From Macrostomum lignano (taxonomy: Eukaryota): DNA of 40,745 bases. The stretch covers positions 1 through 40,745 of the forward strand of contig NIVC01002484.1 of the NCBI GenBank assembly GCA_002269645.1, read 5' to 3'. Below, in pieces: positions 34,684 through 40,745 of the stretch (positions are counted from its first letter, which is position 1; each line of letters begins with the position of its first letter). The position numbers and the translations under genes are program-made. Below the pieces are notes generated by a model, which saw nothing but the letters and a program-made list of their open reading frames with translations, ran no database searches and was not told where the DNA came from.

Positions 34684-35057
34684 GAGAGAGGGAGAGAGGG
34701 AGAGGGAGAGAGAGAGAGGGAGAGAGAGAGAGAGGGAGAGAGAGAGAGGGAGAGGGAGAGAGAGAGAGGGAGAGAGAGAGAGGGAGAGGGAGAGAGAGAG
34801 AGAGGAGAGAGAGAGAGGGAGAGGGAGAGAGAGAGAGGGAGAGGAAGAGAGAGAGGGAGAGAGGAGAGAGAGGGAGAGAGAGAGGGAGAGAGAGAGGGAG
34901 AGAGAGAGAGAGGAGAGAGAGAGAGAGGGAGAGGGAGAGAGAGAGGAGAGAGGGAGAGAGAGAGAGAGGGAGAGGGAGAGAGAGAGAGGGAGGAGGGAGA
35001 GAGAGGAGGGAGAGAGAGAGAGGGAGAGAGAGAGAGGGAGAGAGGAGAGAGGGAGAG

Positions 35058-35116
<59 letters not shown>

Positions 35117-35199
35117 GAGGGAGAGGGAGAGAGAGAGAGGGAGAGGGAGAGGGAGAGGGAGGAGAGAGAGAGAAAGGGAGAGGGAGAGAGAGAGAGGGA

Positions 35200-35266
<67 letters not shown>
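34684..35266. repeat. (GA)n/(GAGAGG)n polypurine tract
   Basis: Direct reading. Confidence 0.97.
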
Positions 35267-35268
<2 letters not shown>

Positions 35269-36146
35269 TTTGTGCAATTTATTTTCTGTTGCATATTTTA
35301 AAAAATACAGCAGAACAGAATGATAATTGTTTGATTTATTCGCTGCCAGCCAGTTTACAATACACTGTCGGGAACTCGGAGTTGGGCTCGAGGAAATTCT
35401 TGCCAGTTGAGATTCCTGAGTGGGAGAGAGAGACAGACAGGATTGAAATGGAATGTCCTCGAGGGTCCCCTGGGGTCGCGGGGTCGCTTAGAAAATTGCA
35501 GCCCTTGCACTCCCAGCCTCTCCGCCTCATCCATACCGATGCGGGCGGGTTTAGCGTTACGTAATTCCTTTCAACAGTTGTCCAGGGCTTACTTAGACTA
35601 AATTATAATGCTGCATCTCCCGTTCTTTCCTCGCGCTCCGCCCCAGTCTCCTGCATCTTCTATTCTCGCCTACTGTTTCATGCACATATTTTTCATCTGT
35701 TAGTCTAGTTTCCATCGCTTTCCTCTCCAGACCCTCTGCTTTCCTTCTCCGCACCCCAAAGCAGAAATTGCTTCCTTTACGACGCAAAAAAGCAGCAGGA
35801 TTTTTTCAAGAAAATTTTGTTTGTTTTTTCCGGTCCATATTTAGAAGTTAAAAATGGCCTCACTCTTTGTCTGCAGTATCGCAATATTGGTGACAGAAAA
35901 TATGCATTTTGTCACGAGAGATCTGCGGGGTTGAGGCTTATGAGGCCAAGGGGGCAGGAGCAGAGGGGTAGTTGCCCTCCCGGCATTGAGATGGGGCACT
36001 GCCTCCCCTGATCGAAGGGAGGTCAGAGGGGTCAGATGCCCCCCCCCTACCACCTACTGAAAATGGTGGGGGTGCGTCATGTTGCCTGAAATATTCTTGA
36101 CTGTGGCGCTCAAAAAATTAATGTGTCTGTCAAAATTGTCTGTCCA

Positions 36147-36562
36147 ATATGAAATATTGGATATGAGATATGCGAGATATGAAATATTTGATATGAGATA
36201 TGCGAGATATGAAATATTTGATATGAGATATGCAAGATATGAAATATTGGATATGAGATATGTGAGATATGAAATATTTGATATGAGATATGCGAGATAT
36301 GAAATATTGGATATGAGATATGCGAGATATGAAATATTTGATATGAGATATGCGAGATATGAAATATTGGATATGAGATATGCGAGATATGAAATATTGG
36401 ATATGAGATATGCGAGATATGAAATATTGGATATGAGATATGCGAGATATGAAATATTGGATACGAGATATGCGAGATATGAAATATTGGATATGAGATA
36501 TGCGAGATATGAAATATTTGATATGAGATATGCGAGATATGAAATATTGGATATGAGATATG
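36147..36562. repeat. 30-bp minisatellite (GATATGAAATATTGGATATGAGATATGCGA)n, about 14 copies
   Basis: 30-nt period; ends about 47 nt before the last exon. Confidence 0.96.
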
Positions 36563-36609
36563 AGAAACCAAAATTATCCGACCTGGCAATCAATCCCGCC
36601 AAAACTCAG

Positions 36610-37115
36610 ACAACGGTCACCTTGGCAACGTCCCATTGCTGGGCGCTTGCGCAGCCGGCGGTCTGGCCGTTCTGCTAGTTGCCGGGACTGCCGCTTGCCT
36701 AGCAAGCAGGCGTTGGCTGGCGGCCAGGCGACGCCGCGAAGAGGAACGACTGGCCAGAGTTCACCTCAGCAAGCAGATTCCGCCGCCGTCGACTTACCTG
36801 CCGATGCCGGCGGCCGCCGAGGCGTTGCTGAAACTGCCGGCGCCGCCGCAGTCGCCTGACGGCCAGCCGGCCTCCCAGAACGTCTCCGTGTGCCTCACCG
36901 GCCAGCTCAGCTCGCCGCCGCAGACGTCGGCTTCATCGGCGGCTGACGCCGGCAGCGATCGACAATCGTCGTCGACGTCGACATTCCTCACCGGGACAAC
37001 GGGCTCGGGTTCGATTCCTTCGCCGAGGGAGTCGTTGGCTACCTACTCTGTGCATCGGAATCACTGCGCCAGCGCTGTGCTGCACGAGATTAACCAGCAG
37101 TTGGCCTTGATCTAG
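36610..37115 (+). CDS. eva-1: EVA-1-like last exon: transmembrane helix, basic stop-transfer stretch and Pro/Ser-rich cytoplasmic tail
   Basis: Acceptor AAAACTCAG ends at 36609 (phase 1). Translates DNGHLGNVPLLGACAAGGLAVLLVAGTAACLASRRWLAARRRREEE...HEINQQLALI then TAG. Confidence 0.85.
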
Positions 37116-37352
37116 CTGGGGTGGACATGCCGATCTAGCTGGGGTGGACATGCTGATCTAGCTGGGGTGGACATGCCGATCTAGCTGGGGTGGACATGCT
37201 GATCTAGCTGGGGTGGACATGCCGATCTAGCTGGGGTGGACACGCCGATCTAGCTGGGGTGGACATGCCGATCTAGCTGGGGTGGACACGCCGATCTAGC
37301 TGGGGTGGACATGCGGATCTAGCTGCAGGGGGTGGACATGCTGATCTGTGGA
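37109..37352. repeat. 23-bp minisatellite (GATCTAGCTGGGGTGGACATGCC)n overlapping the eva-1-like stop codon
   Basis: The first unit starts at 37109 and supplies the TAG at 37113-37115. Confidence 0.95.
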
Positions 37353-38657
37353 CACGCTAACCGAGCTTCGGCTGACATACTGATCTATTGCGAGTGGGCC
37401 AATCTAGAGATAGGCCAAAGCAGCTAAGCAGCGAACTTAATTATATTGGCCAAAAAGCACCAAAAACATTTGCCCAAAAGATGCACTACAGACCATCGAT
37501 CTCATGTAGCTTATTTCTCATATCCACTGTACAGAGTACCTGTACCACTGACTTGCGCCCATCCTTTGCGTTTTGAAATTTGCATGATCTCTTGTCACGT
37601 CCCGCGTTGTCTTGTGGAGTTTCCGATGCTTAAGCAGACATATTATTCATTATTTTGTTTTTTCTGATTCTCTCTGGTATTAGTACAGTAAAGGTTGCAA
37701 CAAATAGTGATAAAAATATATACCTACTTATTTGCTTTTGTGTCCGAAATTTCAAGATCCCAAATATTGCAAATTGCAGTTCAGTAATGTGTTGGGAAGT
37801 TTCTAAGATTTGACTGCTTTCTTGGACTGAGCTTGCAAGTAAAGCGGCTATTATTCGATAGATCTGCTGCGTTGTATAGTTGATATACATATACTATTTT
37901 TACTTCAAATACTCGTATGCAAACTACATAGATAACTTTAATCGCATGAACGTACAACATATTAGAAGTATCAATATTTGATTTTAATTTGTGACTCCCG
38001 CCGTTGTGTAAAAATTAACTTAAAAATTAAGTTGGCCGAGACTAACTCTGTACGTCCTAGAACTGACACAATTAAATTGAAACAATCAATTAAACTCGCT
38101 TGTACTTTTGTTTTTTATCATTTCTGGAGATGAGCGAAACCTATTTACTTTTATGATTCCCATTCTTCTCGCCATTTCTTTAACCGAAACAACCTTATTT
38201 CGGTGTTTTCTTACAACCTTCCTCGCCAATCGCCTGACGGGGTTGTGAGTGAGGGAAACTAATCGATTTTCTAGCTAGTCAACACACCCACTTTTCTAAC
38301 CTCCAACCCCAGATCATTTTAACTCTGGCTTGGCCGCGTGTTTGGTTAAGTAAGTGAAGTCTATCGATTTTCTCGCTGGCCGGCCAACCCCACCTAGCTA
38401 CCCACCCCACTTTTCTTACCCCAGTAGATCACTTAATTCATTGCCACCAATTTGCAGCCCTGTTGGCCGAGTTAAGTGAAGTCTATCGATTTTCTCGCAG
38501 GCCGGCTAACCAAACCCAGCTATCACGCCACTTTCCTACCCCACACTGTTTTACAGTCCATAATAATTCGCTTACGTCTAACTCACTTTTAATTACCAGC
38601 GAATCCCTTTTCCTTTCCTCGCTATACAAAAATCAGCAATTTTAAAGGTGTGCTTTA

Positions 38658-39706
38658 CAGTGGCGTAGCCAGGGGGGCCGGGGGGGCCGCGGCCCCCCTT
38701 AATCGCCTACGGGTGGGGTTGGGCGCGGAGGGTACCAAAAACCATGAGGCTAGAGATGCCAAAAACCGGCATTTCTGAGAACGGTTAACCGGTTTGAAAA
38801 CCGCCTTTTATAAGAAAACCGGTTTTTAAAAACCGGTTTGTGCGCCAAGTTTTAAAAAGCACTAAATAAGCATAGAACTTATATACAATCGTGATTCACC
38901 CATTTTAAACAAATCGATTTGCTGAAGCTTTATTTTGTTATTTACTTAACTTTAAATGATCATGATTCATGATGCCGCCAATAATGATAACGATAACGAT
39001 TTTTTGTGAATTGTGAATATAACAGATTGTGCGAACATTTTTAAAGTTTAACTTAAAACGATTCACTTGTTTGTGAACTTGTGGTTGTGATGCATGCATG
39101 CCGTGACGTTTATGGGGTTGTCGTCAGACTCATATCACATTATATGGCCTTAAGGCTCAAGTCAATCAAAATAGTAATCTTAATAACTGGCTGTTATCCG
39201 AGTACATATAAAATAAGTAAGTATTGTCCCGCCTGCAAATTCCAACCCTTTATTTTTTTAGTATCATTTGTAATTTGTAATCATTGACCTTTCTTAGAAA
39301 AAATGAAAACAAACTTTTCTTGGTACGATTAACGATTATGATTACGAATCATTACAAATCTATGATTACTTACGAATACGATTTACGATTATTGAAGTTA
39401 CAAAGTAACGATTTAGAAAAATTATGTTAGCAGTTATTGTTTTCTCCAAAGTGCAAAAAATTGTGAGGCATAATTAAAATTAAAAACCCATTAAAAAACC
39501 GTCAAAAAACCGGACAAAAAACCGGTTTTAAAACCGGTTGGCATCCCTACATGAGGCAATTGAGTGCCTGCGGCCGCGGCGCTAAAATGAGTGCAAGCGG
39601 CGCCCAAAATGAGTGCCTGCGGCCGCCAAAAGTGGCAATGGCATAAAGCATGGCCAGTCATGCCAACCCGCCCCCCCCCCCATTGAAATTCCTGGACTAC
39701 GCACTG
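38658..39706. mobile_element. Non-autonomous hAT-type MITE (about 240 bp once the nested element is removed)
   Basis: Imperfect TIRs CAGTGGCGTAGCCAGG (38658) and reverse complement CAGTGCGTAGTCCAGG (ends 39706). Perfect 8-bp TSD GTGCTTTA at 38650-38657 and 39707-39714. Confidence 0.9.
38751..39549. mobile_element. Non-autonomous hAT (Ac-like) element nested in the outer MITE
   Basis: TIRs TAGAGATGCCAA and reverse complement TAGGGATGCCAA (Ac/Ds TIRs begin YAGGGATG). Perfect 8-bp TSD CATGAGGC at 38743-38750 and 39550-39557. Clustered subterminal AAAACCGG motifs at both ends; no transposase ORF. Confidence 0.93.
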
Positions 39707-40745
39707 GTGCTTTATACTTCGTATTAATTTATAACATTATTTCCACCAAAATCTCTGCTTGATTTTTAAAGACTAAAAAATTACTGCCCATACAGGCAGA
39801 CAGGCAGACTTAGATAGGCAAGAAATGCGTAAAAACCAAACGGAGGAAGTGAAATCCGATCAGTCTTAGATGCTCACAGCTGCAATTTTTTATGGAAAGA
39901 AGAAAATCCAGCTCACAGAAAATCACAAATTGCCCGCGAAATTACAGCCTTCTTGCCTTCGAATTTTCCTTTCTGAAAAAAAAAAGATATGGAGCAGCAT
40001 CTGCTAAGGTTGGATACATACCACAGTCAGAGACGGCATCGACAAGCAATTAAAATAACCATATCAATATAAAACTATGACAAAAAACGCATCAAAAACA
40101 CCGAAGACCATCCTGGAGCCTAAAAATAATCTGTTTTTGCGCTTATTTTCAATTAAGGAAATTGCGCCCAACTAGAACCACAAGGGCCTTGTTTTATAAA
40201 GCTTCAAAATATCTCCAGCTCTCTCTCCAGGTCGCAGATCTTAATCCTCTCTTCCAGAGAGCCTCTTCACAATATAACAAAGCCCCATTTTAGAATCCCA
40301 TATTTCTCAGTTTATCATTTATCAATTTTCTCAGTTGCAATCTTATCTCTCGTTATATTTCATGGTAGCTTAAATAAATAAATCAGATTCGTTTTCAACC
40401 TACTTATGGTAATAGCAAGCGTTTACGGGCTTCAAATATACATTGTTAATATACCTTTTTAACAATTTTTGGACATAAGTGAAGTCAATTTAGTCATTAG
40501 CAATAGTGCGGGGCGGAATGACAAGCGAACTGTTTGCAGAGTTCATGGTCTGAACTGTCTGCATTGCGTTCGTTTGCGTTCTTGTTCACTACTTTGTATC
40601 TTCTCAAAGCTATAACGACTAAATAAAATTCACTTTGACTTAATAAAAGTTACAAAGACGGATTTAGAGGAACTTGACTAAATCGATTTCATTTCTTAAC
40701 TCTAGTCTATGGTAAGCCCGACTGCTGACTAAATCAAACTCAATT

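Noticed and set aside
35930-36075. G/C-run-rich segment resembling MITE subterminal sequence (GGGGGCA...TGCCCCCCC)
   Set aside because: No matching terminal inverted repeats or target-site duplication could be found.

Overview
Eukaryotic (metazoan) genomic DNA with short GC-rich spliceosomal exons separated by introns packed with micro- and minisatellites. The style is compatible with a repeat-rich invertebrate such as a free-living flatworm, but the organism cannot be determined here. Nearly all long ORFs in the six-frame track are repeat artefacts. Real content: (1) the 3' half of a casein kinase I gamma (CSNK1G/gilgamesh) gene on + (213-7257); (2) an apparently complete six-exon EVA-1/EVA1C-like type I membrane protein gene with two divergent SUEL/Gal-lectin domains on + (14178-37115); (3) a candidate small antisense gene (predicted 106 aa, N-terminus MGCASA, a likely acylation motif) interleaved with the eva-1-like gene, whose 27-nt start exon is tandemly duplicated inside a satellite; (4) a hAT MITE nested in another hAT MITE, both with perfect 8-bp TSDs; (5) a tRNA-headed CORE-like SINE and about 25 tandem arrays. 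Three exons in the two conserved genes are out of frame (at least four indels), most simply explained as consensus errors.
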